Shown here piece by piece: positions 9,442 to 17,618 of a stretch of 47,096 bases of DNA. Below the pieces are notes generated by a model that was not told the DNA's origin, made no database searches, and saw nothing but the letters and a program-made list of their open reading frames with translations. Positions within the stretch are counted from its first letter, which is position 1; each line of letters opens with the position of its first letter. Source of the stretch: a virus; IMG/VR virus record IMGVR_UViG_3300011400_000001, positions 1 through 47,096 of that record. The stretch is one strand, 5' to 3'. Made by a program: the position numbers and the translations under genes.

Positions 9442-9532
9442 CCAACACCCCCACATAGCCAGGCGTTTGACATAACGTTCCTCTAGCGACGGCGTCGTCG
9501 AACGTCGGAACGCGATGCTGTGGGGGTGTTGG
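9442..9532. repeat. Perfect 14-bp inverted repeat CCAACACCCCCACA / TGTGGGGGTGTTGG enclosing 63 nt with an inner CGACG-G-CGTCG palindrome
   Basis: Arms at 9442-9455 and 9519-9532, within the 184-nt intergenic gap 9371-9554. Confidence 0.7.
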
Positions 9533-9554
9533 GGAAATATGTTTTTACACCGTT

Positions 9555-9866
9555 TTATCGCAGTTTCTCCAACAGAGCGTCGGTGTGAATTACGCACGTG
9601 AGGTAGACGAGGTCTTCCTTCGACCAAGAGTTGAACTCCTCAAGGAACGCCTTGCCAATCATCAGCCCGTGGAGCTTTTTGTTAGGAAACCCATGAGCGG
9701 CAATCACGGGCGTGAAACGGTCGCGGATAGTCCGCGTTGCAAGCATAGCCCGTCCCATGATACGCTGGTCCTCCGTTTCGGGTGCGGCCTTTTGAGGAAA
9801 GGCTTTGCCAACGATGTCATTAACAATACGTTGACGCTCTTCTGGCGTGGGATTAGTGGTGCTCAT
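9555..9866 (-). CDS. Hypothetical protein (103 aa)
   Basis: Internal ATG 9866 forms an ATGA overlap with the stop of the upstream gene (9863). No motif recognised. Confidence 0.55.
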   Translation of the reverse strand: MSTTNPTPEERQRIVNDIVGKAFPQKAAPETEDQRIMGRAMLATRTIRDRFTPVIAAHGFPNKKLHGLMIGKAFLEEFNSWSKEDLVYLTCVIHTDALLEKLR

Positions 9867-11161
9867 TGTATATCTTTGAGTATGAAGAAAAGGTTGTCGA
9901 GGCTGCATTGGAAACCACACGCTCCTTTATGTCCTCCGCCGCCTTCTGCCTTTGCAAGAACGGAAAGGTCGATCTCTTCATGTTCGGGGGCATGATACAA
10001 CGATACCGTTGCTTTCTTCTGCTGACCGTCGTAGCGCCACGCCATAAGTGCTTTGTGGTGGGGTTTGATACCGGCGGCGAAGGCTTGTGAACCCGAAAGG
10101 CCGTTGCAGCAAAGGAAGGTGATGCCGTGCCAGTAAACGTCGTGACCGATCTTTGTAATCGTAGAGGCGTTGGCTCTGTCCCGTGACTGCTTTGCCCGAA
10201 CTCCTAACTTAATACAATCGTCGAGGATTTGGTTTGCGAGTTGTTCGTTGTTTAACTGTGCTCGAACAAGGCTAGCAAACTCTTCTGGTTCGAGTTCCCT
10301 AAGACCCGATTGCAGGATGAGAGCACGTTCGTCACGGTGGTCCCAGATGTCGTGCTCACCAGCAAGGCGAATGAGAAGAGGTTCGTCAACCGTTCGGTCG
10401 ATGTAATGTTCTTTTGTAGTTGGCAGCTTGTTCTTATCGCCAAGGAACCATTGCCACACTAGCCGACATGCCGCGACGCCGTCGATGCGATAGCCAGGTA
10501 TGGTAGAGTCGAACTGGTCGATGGCCGTTTTGTGATGGTCAATCCAGATAAGGTTCGGCAGTTTCTGTTGATCCATTAGTTCGGGAATGCTAATGTCGAC
10601 GAGGAAGATACTGTCCCAGTTGAAAGCGTCCACCTCTGGGACAGGCTTGCCGTAGTCCCAACCAATGGATTGGACAACGTTGTCGCCGTGCGAAAGGAAG
10701 TGGCGGCAGACTTCGTTGCTGAGAAGGCCGTCATAATCGGCGTCGTGATGTATAACTAGGTATTTTTTCATGTTAGAAGGGTTCGTTAGGGTCTCTCGGA
10801 CGCGAATCATCTCCTCAGAAGGTTTATCATATTCCGGCCACCGACCGTGCTCTAGCATGGTGGCGATGATGCAGTAGTTTGAGATGTCACGAAAGGAGTC
10901 TTCGATGGACTCGTTGATGGCCTTAAAGCGGCGGTTGTTGAAGATATGTTTTAATCTCTCGAATTTGTCGTTGGCGCGAACAATCACGCCAAAAGGTCCG
11001 AAGGCACACATGTTGCGTGGGCCGTAGTCTAGTTGCTTCTGGTCAAACAGAAGGGCGTTCTGTAACGCGATCTCGATAAAGTCGACAGCCGCGTCGGTTT
11101 TACAACCGAGCCGAGTAGCGACGTCCTTTGCAAGACTGTCAGGGATGGTTAGTTTGTTCAT
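9863..11161 (-). CDS. Fusion of all-alpha NTP-pyrophosphohydrolase/DUF1599-like domain with DHH-DHHA1 phosphoesterase (NrnA/Pde2-sized, RecJ-superfamily)
   Basis: N-terminal half: QLDYGPRN..NDKFERLKHI..ESIEDSFRDISNY. DHH motifs: VIHHDADYDG, LVDISI, IWIDHHKT. DHHA1 motif: GGGGHKGACGF. ATG 11161 is preferred because the track start at 11197 is TTG. Confidence 0.75.
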   Translation of the reverse strand: MNKLTIPDSLAKDVATRLGCKTDAAVDFIEIALQNALLFDQKQLDYGPRNMCAFGPFGVIVRANDKFERLKHIFNNRRFKAINESIEDSFRDISNYCIIATMLEHGRWPEYDKPSEEMIRVRETLTNPSNMKKYLVIHHDADYDGLLSNEVCRHFLSHGDNVVQSIGWDYGKPVPEVDAFNWDSIFLVDISIPELMDQQKLPNLIWIDHHKTAIDQFDSTIPGYRIDGVAACRLVWQWFLGDKNKLPTTKEHYIDRTVDEPLLIRLAGEHDIWDHRDERALILQSGLRELEPEEFASLVRAQLNNEQLANQILDDCIKLGVRAKQSRDRANASTITKIGHDVYWHGITFLCCNGLSGSQAFAAGIKPHHKALMAWRYDGQQKKATVSLYHAPEHEEIDLSVLAKAEGGGGHKGACGFQCSLDNLFFILKDIQ

Positions 11162-11262
11162 TTCAAGAAGTGGATGGTGATGATTGTTAATGTCCAAGCT
11201 AGGGCTACACTTATCAATGCCGTAACAAGGAGTACCGCATTCTTAGTTTGGTTGCCATTCAT
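11158..11262 (-). CDS. Possible 34-aa single-pass membrane peptide (MNGNQTKNAVLLVTALISVALAWTLTIITIHFLK)
   Basis: Hand translation: ATG 11262, TGA 11160-11158, forming an ATGA overlap with ATG 11161 of the next gene. It contains one clear hydrophobic helix. It competes with the alternative TTG-extended start of the DHH gene. Confidence 0.35.
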   Translation of the reverse strand: MNGNQTKNAVLLVTALISVALAWTLTIITIHFLK

Positions 11263-11320
11263 AGTGTGGAAGGCAGACTGTTCCCGGTCTGCCAGCAGGT
11301 GGGGTTGGTTGTCAAAAGCA

Positions 11321-11347
11321 GGTGCTGTTCATTTTATGAACAGGACG
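11321..11347 (-). promoter_or_regulatory. 27-nt element, copy 2 (sense: CGTCCTGTTCATAAAATGAACAGCACC)
   Basis: Flush (0 nt) with the stop of the SSB-like gene (TAA 11350-11348). Confidence 0.8.
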
Positions 11348-11794
11348 TTACTTCTTAGCCACGAAGGAATGCACTTCGCTACGTGGCTCATAGATACTAC
11401 CTGTCTCCGGATCAGTGCGCTCTTGGGAGACGCTTGTCTTGACGTTCACAACCCGGCCCACAAGCTGTTGCGGGTTGTTGATGATGTCACGAGCCGTAAC
11501 GCCGCGAATCTCTGCCGCTTGTGCGATTTTGGCAATATTCTTACCGATGTCGACAAGTTGCATCTTCTCAGTTGGTGTGATTACCAGGTTGTGGGTCAAC
11601 GTAAAACTTTGGACCATGTCTCCCTTAATGGATTGTTTTGGGGAAGTGGCCTGTAGCGAAACCACGATCATTTCGCCACCTTTTTTAGTTGGCTTCTTTT
11701 CAGTCTTGGTAATCTTAAACTCGTGAATCCCGGCGGGGATGATGGGGTAACTTATATCTATATCACTAACATTTGTGTCTAGAGGATCGGTCAT
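11348..11794 (-). CDS. DUF669-like phage single-stranded DNA-binding protein (putative)
   Basis: 148 aa. The N-terminal pattern IPAGIHEFKITKTEKKPTKKGGEMIVVSL is typical of DUF669 proteins that pair with Sak4-like ATPases. It is preceded by a long CA-rich leader and followed at 0 nt by element copy 2. Confidence 0.5.
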   Translation of the reverse strand: MTDPLDTNVSDIDISYPIIPAGIHEFKITKTEKKPTKKGGEMIVVSLQATSPKQSIKGDMVQSFTLTHNLVITPTEKMQLVDIGKNIAKIAQAAEIRGVTARDIINNPQQLVGRVVNVKTSVSQERTDPETGSIYEPRSEVHSFVAKK

Positions 11795-11850
11795 ATGTTT
11801 TTTGTTTGTTTTTGGTTTATGTTTGTGTTTTGTTTCTTTCTCTCCACTCT
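11795..11850 (-). promoter_or_regulatory. CA-rich, G-poor unstructured 5' leader of the SSB-like gene
   Basis: The minus-strand sequence before ATG 11794 reads aaacaaaacacaaacataaaccaaaaacaaacaaaaaacat, almost entirely A and C. Confidence 0.4.
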
Positions 11851-11963
11851 TGGAGATCGTTTAGTTCTAGACAAGGCTTTCTTCCTCTTGGATTGCCTCG
11901 TCCTTTGTGGAACATATCTTGCTCAGTTTTATGGCTCCGAGCGTAGCACATTTGCGGCTTGCG

Positions 11964-12281
11964 TCACACTCCTGTGTGGTTATTTTTCTTCCAATCGCGC
12001 TGGCGAACTTTTTCCCATGTTTGGTTTAACTCGTATTCTAGGTTGATCCCTTCGGCAGTACAGAAGTCTAGAAGGTATATAACGATATCTGCCACGGAAT
12101 CCTTGATGCCTGCATTATGGTCCTCGTTAAGGCGAATCTTCTGTTCCCGTTTGAGGTAATGATGAGCGAGTTCACCGACTTCTTCTTGTAGTCCTAAAAG
12201 AGGATGCCACGATTTGCGGTTGGCGAAGTTGTGTTGAACCCAAGCAACTTGCTCGGATTGTATTTCGGATAGTGTTTTCAT
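11964..12281 (-). CDS. mazG: MazG-like nucleotide pyrophosphohydrolase
   Basis: 105 aa with LLGLQEEVGELAHHY ... DSVADIVIYLLD (EExxE...D motif pattern). Its ATG overlaps the upstream gene's stop (ATGA). Confidence 0.8.
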   Translation of the reverse strand: MKTLSEIQSEQVAWVQHNFANRKSWHPLLGLQEEVGELAHHYLKREQKIRLNEDHNAGIKDSVADIVIYLLDFCTAEGINLEYELNQTWEKVRQRDWKKNNHTGV

Positions 12282-13084
12282 AGATTGCCGTAGATTTCCT
12301 TAAAGGTTGGACCAACCACATCCGGTAAATTCAACGGCCACCGAACGCCAATGCCTTTCACGAGGCCAAAATCCGTCGTGCGAATCTTCGGCTTCCCATT
12401 CTCTTTGAACTGGTAGAACCATTGTGAGAAGAGTCCGCCGATTCGACCACGAACTTGGCTGTGGACGATTGGTGCGACCTGGAAAGTCTGCGCTTTTTCG
12501 TTATCCTGATATGACTCATGGAAAATGCAGACGAAGTGACTGGGAAGGCTTGAAAGGACGCCAATCATCTGCGCAACTTTGTTTCCTGCCATCGGTGCCC
12601 ATTTACGAGGGTCCTTGAGGACGTCCTGGTTCACCGATGCGACATGCGATAGCACAATCTCATTAAGCCCTGTTACAGAATCGACTACTACTGTTTTCCA
12701 CGGACACCCTACCGTAACGAGCTTATTAACTCCTCGAACGAAGTCATTCATCGGCGTGCTGTTGGCGATTGGAACGTAGAACTCGGACATCAGCCGAACC
12801 TTGGTCATGTCGACCACGTCAAGGACAGTGATCGGAGATAACTTCTCTACTGGCGTCTTGCAATACTTGTCCAGGTCGTCCGGCTTGATGACGGTGATGT
12901 CTTCGGCAAAGACCTCGAAGGGGAGGAAGTTCGCGGGAATCTTCTCATCCCGCCGTGGAAAGATGTCGTAGCCGCCTTCGTCGCAATTTAACAAGAGCAG
13001 CGGTCGCGGATAAGAGCCAACAACACTACCTGTCTTGAAGGTCTTGGGAGGTCCGAACCTTCCTTCCCTTATCAGTTTATTCAC
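12278..13084 (-). CDS. Sak4-like/RecA-fold phage ATPase (degenerate P-loop)
   Basis: 268 aa with a GTG start. GPPKTFKTGS sits at the Walker A position and VVVDSVTGL resembles Walker B. It neighbours the DUF669-like gene and a nuclease. Confidence 0.55.
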   Translation of the reverse strand: MNKLIREGRFGPPKTFKTGSVVGSYPRPLLLLNCDEGGYDIFPRRDEKIPANFLPFEVFAEDITVIKPDDLDKYCKTPVEKLSPITVLDVVDMTKVRLMSEFYVPIANSTPMNDFVRGVNKLVTVGCPWKTVVVDSVTGLNEIVLSHVASVNQDVLKDPRKWAPMAGNKVAQMIGVLSSLPSHFVCIFHESYQDNEKAQTFQVAPIVHSQVRGRIGGLFSQWFYQFKENGKPKIRTTDFGLVKGIGVRWPLNLPDVVGPTFKEIYGNL

Positions 13085-13265
13085 GTTCCACCTCCCTCAC
13101 CATATATTTTTCTTCAAGTTCATCAAAGAACTCTTCCTCGATCATGCCACGGCAGTGGCGCATCGCCAGGGTGTAGCCGATGGACATGTCATCAGTCTTG
13201 TCTTGTTCCTTCGCAACGCGGAGGTCGATCTTTTCAAGGATCGTGCGGACTCTTTTTGGGTTCAT
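13077..13265 (-). CDS. Hypothetical protein (62 aa)
   Basis: Internal ATG 13265 forms an ATGA overlap with the upstream stop at 13262. The protein is charged and helical. Confidence 0.45.
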   Translation of the reverse strand: MNPKRVRTILEKIDLRVAKEQDKTDDMSIGYTLAMRHCRGMIEEEFFDELEEKYMVREVERE

Positions 13266-13468
13266 GTTTCCTTTTGGTTTTGCGGACAAGGAATTTCGTC
13301 CGAAATAGACGCTTTCTGTGAAAAGCATGTGCATTGAAACGTTACTTCATTGTTGTTTCGTAGGAGTCCATCAAATTCCCAACAGAAGTGCCATCCTTCG
13401 TCAACTTCGTCCTGGCGAAGGTTCTCGTTATCGTTAGACATTAGATGCTGCCAGCGTTCGGTTGTCAT
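13262..13468 (-). CDS. Hypothetical protein (68 aa)
   Basis: Its start overlaps the stop of the nuclease gene (13465-13468). Co-oriented in the operon. Confidence 0.45.
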   Translation of the reverse strand: MTTERWQHLMSNDNENLRQDEVDEGWHFCWEFDGLLRNNNEVTFQCTCFSQKASISDEIPCPQNQKET

Positions 13469-14490
13469 TGTAGTGGTTGGCTTGGTTCATGGAGGGGACT
13501 CCAATTGTTATCAGTGAAAAGAGTAGATTCCAGCATCAAACCCCTCTCGCTGGCTGGTAAGTCGCAAACATCATAGTACGGACAGAGTCCATACTTTCCC
13601 GAACACCACTTTCTCTTCATTGGAAAGTATCCCCTCTCATAGTGCCAAAAAAATTCCTCCACCAACGCGATGGTGTTCCTTTTCCACTCTTCAAGCTGAT
13701 GAGGGAAAATGAACTCCGTATGGCGTTGGAAGTTCTCCGTCCACCAGCGATCAAACCCGCCAACCGGCTTCTGCGGCATTGGACGGGAACGGATCGCGTT
13801 AACGCAGAAGGCTTGCGCTTTACGGCCCGTGAGTTGCTCGAACGCCCAGCAGTAGCCGAAAAGCTGAGGCGAAACTCTTTGGTCCTTGAAGTAGTAATCG
13901 CCAAGCATCGAGGTCGTCTTGTGGTCGATAATGACAAGGTTGCCATTCCACATGACCGGAAGGTCGATTCGACCGGAGTAGAAGATTGGGATAACCGGAC
14001 CGCCTTTAACCTGGTAGCGGAAAAGCTCCAACGCGAACGGCATTTCGACCATAGGTTCACCTTTGTCATCGACCAAAATGTTAAAGGGCTCGACTTGGTA
14101 GGTTTGGTTGTAATGCTTGATGACCTCGATGGCCCAGTTGAGGTTGCGGAAGTCCTCGTCTGGGCAAGGATTCTCTCGAAAGAACCTAGCCATAACACTA
14201 GCTTGTTCGGACTCCTCTAAAGCATCAGGCGGTTGATTTTTACAGTTACGATAACGCCACTCAAGGGCTAAATGGATGGCTGAACCAAAATTCAAAGCTG
14301 GTTTTGCACCGGATGAAACCCGACGGAATAGACGGTTATACTCCAACGCTCTAGGGCAAGTTGTTAACAATTCGAGACTTGAGTTATCAATGAAAAGTGC
14401 GCCGTCTATTAGGGGAAGCGGGTTCATAGAATCCTTTGAAATAGCAAGTTTGCTTGTGGAGAATCTCGAAGTCTGTGAAGACTTCTGCAT
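13465..14490 (-). CDS. PD-(D/E)XK exonuclease with Cas4/RecB-like Fe-S cysteine cluster
   Basis: Motifs FGSAIHLALEW, GRIDLPV..VIIDHKTT and QLFGYCWAF. A C-terminal CSGKYGLCPYYDVC plus an N-terminal TTCP cysteine give the four-Cys pattern. Confidence 0.8.
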   Translation of the reverse strand: MQKSSQTSRFSTSKLAISKDSMNPLPLIDGALFIDNSSLELLTTCPRALEYNRLFRRVSSGAKPALNFGSAIHLALEWRYRNCKNQPPDALEESEQASVMARFFRENPCPDEDFRNLNWAIEVIKHYNQTYQVEPFNILVDDKGEPMVEMPFALELFRYQVKGGPVIPIFYSGRIDLPVMWNGNLVIIDHKTTSMLGDYYFKDQRVSPQLFGYCWAFEQLTGRKAQAFCVNAIRSRPMPQKPVGGFDRWWTENFQRHTEFIFPHQLEEWKRNTIALVEEFFWHYERGYFPMKRKWCSGKYGLCPYYDVCDLPASERGLMLESTLFTDNNWSPLHEPSQPLQ

Positions 14491-14550
14491 TTCGTCTATC
14501 GGTTGGAATGAATACGATTGCGTTCATATTAAAAAAACTCCTCCAAACTC

Positions 14551-15078
14551 TTACTTACCTTTGCTGCGCTTCGCTCCGCGTTTACTTCCTTTTGCGCCTC
14601 TTTGGTCAACGTTGAGCGAAACGTCTGACTGCTGCGGTTCGCCCGAAGCAGCGTTACGAATTGGTTCAACTGCTCCAGCGTCATCGAGGCTGTGAGTTGC
14701 GGCGTTAGGGTCCGTAGTGGGGCTTCCAGGAAGCTCACTTCGTTCGCTTGTGGCTGGTCTGCCTCCGAGGTCTTCGGGGAGGATGAGGACGGAACGTTGG
14801 ACTGCATCTTCGAACTCTCGGACGTCTGCATAGGACAGTATTCCTTTCTGGTCGAGGAGGTTAATGAGTTTGATCCAAAGAAGGTTCATGGTGGTTTGGA
14901 TCGTTCCACCCTCAAGGCGGCATTGCTTGATGCGAACAAAGGCGTCTTTCGGCATGAGACAATTTACCGTGGCTGCCGTGGGATCGCCTTTCAAACCCTG
15001 GAAAGGGTTCGCAAAGCGAGGTGGTAGGAGGGAGACTGGAACTTCCGGGACGTTGGAGAGGTCTTTTGTTTCGTTCAT
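14551..15078 (-). CDS. Hypothetical protein (175 aa) with basic C-terminal tail
   Basis: Longest ORF in this interval and co-oriented. An alternative-frame ORF 14529..14831 overlaps it and is judged less likely. Confidence 0.5.
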   Translation of the reverse strand: MNETKDLSNVPEVPVSLLPPRFANPFQGLKGDPTAATVNCLMPKDAFVRIKQCRLEGGTIQTTMNLLWIKLINLLDQKGILSYADVREFEDAVQRSVLILPEDLGGRPATSERSELPGSPTTDPNAATHSLDDAGAVEPIRNAASGEPQQSDVSLNVDQRGAKGSKRGAKRSKGK

Positions 15079-15084
15079 AACGTT

Positions 15085-15285
15085 TTAACCGAATGATTTG
15101 AGGAGTTCTGCAAGAGTGTTCCGCTTCTTGCGGCGCTGCGGTCTGGGCTGTGTTGGCGTTCCGTAACGGCCTTGCCGTTGGTAGAACGCGATACGGCGAT
15201 TCGACAAAGGCTTGCCGACGATGTTGCCAGCGTATAGCTTGGACTGTGTAACGTAATTAGCTGATTGGGACATTGAAATAGGCAT
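15085..15285 (-). CDS. Hypothetical small basic protein (66 aa)
   Basis: Tightly packed between neighbours. Arg/Lys-rich (PRPQRRKKRN). Confidence 0.45.
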   Translation of the reverse strand: MPISMSQSANYVTQSKLYAGNIVGKPLSNRRIAFYQRQGRYGTPTQPRPQRRKKRNTLAELLKSFG

Positions 15286-15290
15286 AATCG

Positions 15291-15740
15291 TTATAGAGTG
15301 CGAATATTAGCTGTATGATGCACACGGTCTGTGTTGGGCTTTTTCGTTAAGCGGGGACCGGAACGTTCCGGTTGGGGCTTTACGCCAAGCCGACTCCCTG
15401 GTGCAACGCGGGACAACTTATAGTCGTTTCCCGGTGCAAAGTCCTGATGCCGGTCAAATGAGGTGATTTCTCGTGCAACGCTACTCGAAGTTTTATACCT
15501 AGTTGCCACATCTTTCTTGATGAGGTAAGAGTAGCCAACACCAATAATTGCTGCGTCGGCTATGAGTTCACGAACGCAGGCGCGAGCAAGCGCACAGCTA
15601 CCTGGGTCTTTCTTTTGTCCCTTCTTGGTGTCAATAGGCTTGACACGGACAGAGATGGTCCTTCGTGAGTCGCGGACTCTTTTTACGTTAGGAAAGTATT
15701 TCCTAACCCGACTGAGTGCATTTTTATGGATTTTCTTCAT
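15291..15740 (-). CDS. Hypothetical protein (149 aa)
   Basis: ATG 15740. Overlaps the helicase stop by 17 nt. No motif recognised. Confidence 0.5.
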   Translation of the reverse strand: MKKIHKNALSRVRKYFPNVKRVRDSRRTISVRVKPIDTKKGQKKDPGSCALARACVRELIADAAIIGVGYSYLIKKDVATRYKTSSSVAREITSFDRHQDFAPGNDYKLSRVAPGSRLGVKPQPERSGPRLTKKPNTDRVHHTANIRTL

Positions 15741-17229
15741 ATACTTCTTCGCGTTGTTTTGTGAGATCGTCAGATTCCTTGTCGGGGAGCTTTGCTACAT
15801 ATTGCATAAGGCTCCTTAACTCTCCGTTGAGTTTAAGCTGTCGTTGGGCACGGGTGGCTGCCACATACAGAAGGTTGACCTCATCCTTCGGTAGCATCTC
15901 TTCATCAACCTTGAAAGGCTGGCGTTGTTCGTCGAACAACTCAGCGAAGTCATCAGTAAGGCTGACATTGTGCCATTCCAGGCCTTTACTCTTGTGTCCG
16001 GTAACAAGTAAAACGTCGCAGGACTTTTCACCAACGCACTTTGTGCGAATCCGTCTTATGGCTTCAGGAACCCGATCTTTGAAGTCATTCACGATATTAA
16101 CCCTACTACCCAATTCGGCGTCGAGCCGATCTTGCGCGAACTTAACCAGGTCGCCGTAGCTCTTAAAGAACGCCACCTGACGCTCGCGGATTGCGCTGCG
16201 GTTGCCGGAATATAAATGGAAGACGTCCATCAGCTTGTCCATGTAGGTCTCGAAGCCGACCCCACCTACCACTGCAATGTTGTGAGAGAGGCCAGCGTGA
16301 AAGTCCGCCGAGCAGAATAACTGCTGGTTGGTGCGGCAGATAGTTGTAAAACGGGAGGCTTCGCCATGCGCTTCTACGACCTTGTCTTCAATATCGAAGC
16401 CGCGTAGCGGTATCTTGTTATCGAAGAATGTGGAGAGGAGCTTGTTAGCGACGGACGCTACGCTTGGTCCGAAGCGGAAGCTCTGCGATAGGTATAATGT
16501 TTTGCATTCCACCATTTCCATTGCATCACACGCCCCACGCCAAGAGTATATGGCTTGGTAGGGGTCTCCTACCATGATGAGTCGACAGCCATCCTCACGT
16601 TGTCTATTGATGATAGACATGGTGACGGGATTCGAGTCTTGTGCTTCATCGAGGAGTATGGTATCGAAGTTAAGCACTGGCTTCGATAACTGATACAGCT
16701 TTAGGTAGCCAGAGTGGGTCATAGGAACCTTTTCAGTTCCCTGCTGCATTTCATTCCACAAGCGTTCGGCGGCATCGACGATACGGGTCTCGAAACCCTT
16801 CTCGAAGCGACCGAGCGTGTCGGGCGGGCAGTGCCTCTCTTCGATTTTGTCCGCGTCGGAGTTATGCCAGTTCTCTAACGTGCGAAGGATGAGGGTAGCT
16901 CGATAAACGTCTACACCAAACATCTTTGTTACGAGAAAGAAAGGCACGTTTCCGAGGTTAGAAAACTTCCGACCGATGGCTTGATAGGCGAGACTGTGGA
17001 TTGTTCTGGACATAACGTTAGCCGGAAACTTGCCTTCAGCCTCAGTTTGCACAGACTTATTAAACGCTACATAAAGAAACTGCTCAAGTGGACGCAATCT
17101 ACTATATTCAACAAGTGTTGATGTTTTCCCTGCACCAGCAAAGGCAACCACTTTTAATGCGTCACTGGCTTTCAGGTCTGTGCCAATGACTACTTCCTGT
17201 TCAGGAGTTGGTTTGCAAGACGGTTCCAT
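15724..17229 (-). CDS. UvrD/Rep-like SF1 DNA helicase
   Basis: Walker A VVAFAGAGKTS, Walker B ILLDEAQD, motif III GDPYQAIYSWRGA, motif V TGHKSKGLEW, motif VI LYVAATRAQ. ATG 17229 avoids overlap with the Zn-ribbon ORF; the track's 17340 start adds a low-complexity extension. Confidence 0.85.
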   Translation of the reverse strand: MEPSCKPTPEQEVVIGTDLKASDALKVVAFAGAGKTSTLVEYSRLRPLEQFLYVAFNKSVQTEAEGKFPANVMSRTIHSLAYQAIGRKFSNLGNVPFFLVTKMFGVDVYRATLILRTLENWHNSDADKIEERHCPPDTLGRFEKGFETRIVDAAERLWNEMQQGTEKVPMTHSGYLKLYQLSKPVLNFDTILLDEAQDSNPVTMSIINRQREDGCRLIMVGDPYQAIYSWRGACDAMEMVECKTLYLSQSFRFGPSVASVANKLLSTFFDNKIPLRGFDIEDKVVEAHGEASRFTTICRTNQQLFCSADFHAGLSHNIAVVGGVGFETYMDKLMDVFHLYSGNRSAIRERQVAFFKSYGDLVKFAQDRLDAELGSRVNIVNDFKDRVPEAIRRIRTKCVGEKSCDVLLVTGHKSKGLEWHNVSLTDDFAELFDEQRQPFKVDEEMLPKDEVNLLYVAATRAQRQLKLNGELRSLMQYVAKLPDKESDDLTKQREEVYEENP

Positions 17230-17230
17230 A

Positions 17231-17401
17231 TTAGTCCTTGCAACAGTCTTTCGCTTCTTCTTTGTCTTCGTAAACCTCATTACATTCGCTGCATTGGTAG
17301 AGGGTGACGATTGCGGACTCGAACTCGACGCCAAGGTCATCTTGGGTGATGAAGCTGGCGCAATGCGGGCATTCGAGTCCTTTGACTTCTTTTACTTTCA
17401 T
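17231..17401 (-). CDS. Small zinc-ribbon protein (56 aa)
   Basis: MKVKEVKGLECPHC...CSEC pattern. ATG 17401 lies 18 nt downstream of element copy 3. The track's upstream ATG (17431) lies inside the element. Confidence 0.6.
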   Translation of the reverse strand: MKVKEVKGLECPHCASFITQDDLGVEFESAIVTLYQCSECNEVYEDKEEAKDCCKD

Positions 17402-17419
17402 TTTTCCTTTATGGGTTTT

Positions 17420-17446
17420 CGTGCTGTTCATTTATTGAACAGAACG
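17420..17446 (-). promoter_or_regulatory. 27-nt element, copy 3 (sense: CGTTCTGTTCAATAAATGAACAGCACG)
   Basis: 18 nt upstream of ATG 17401 (Zn-ribbon gene) and downstream of compound hairpins. Confidence 0.75.
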
Positions 17447-17473
17447 CTTTTCGCTTTCGAGGCGAAAGGTAAC

Positions 17474-17583
17474 GGAGCGGCCAAGAGAAAGATGGCCGCT
17501 CCAAGATAGTTAGTTTTCATACTAACGTCAGCGAGCGAAGGGAACACCGCTTTACCGCTTTACCGCTTTCGCTCCGCTCGCTG
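17474..17583 (-). terminator. Compound hairpin region downstream of 17619..18311 (putative terminators)
   Basis: CAGCGAGCG (17529-17537) / CGCTCGCTG (17575-17583) enclose three ACCGCTTT units. A second hairpin is GGAGCGGCC (17474-17482) / GGCCGCTCC (17494-17502). No clear U-tract. Confidence 0.35.
17546..17569. repeat. Tandem 8-mer ACCGCTTT x3
   Basis: caccgctttaccgctttaccgctttcgc read directly. It lies in the loop of the 17529-17583 hairpin. Confidence 0.85.
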
Positions 17584-17618
17584 CGTGTTAACATGAATAA
17601 CGCTTCGTTGCGGTGATG

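Noticed and set aside
11795-12046. Plus-strand ORF 11795..12046 (MFFVCFWFMFVFCFF...)
   Set aside because: It is a by-product of the T/G-rich complement of the CA-rich leader of the SSB-like gene. The phenylalanine-rich nonsense product is antisense to the operon direction.
14529-14831. Alternative-frame ORF (100 aa) overlapping the 3' half of 14551..15078
   Set aside because: It is shorter, fully nested in the longer co-directional ORF, and Ser/Thr/Gln-rich low complexity. I cannot exclude an overprinted gene, but there is no positive evidence for one.
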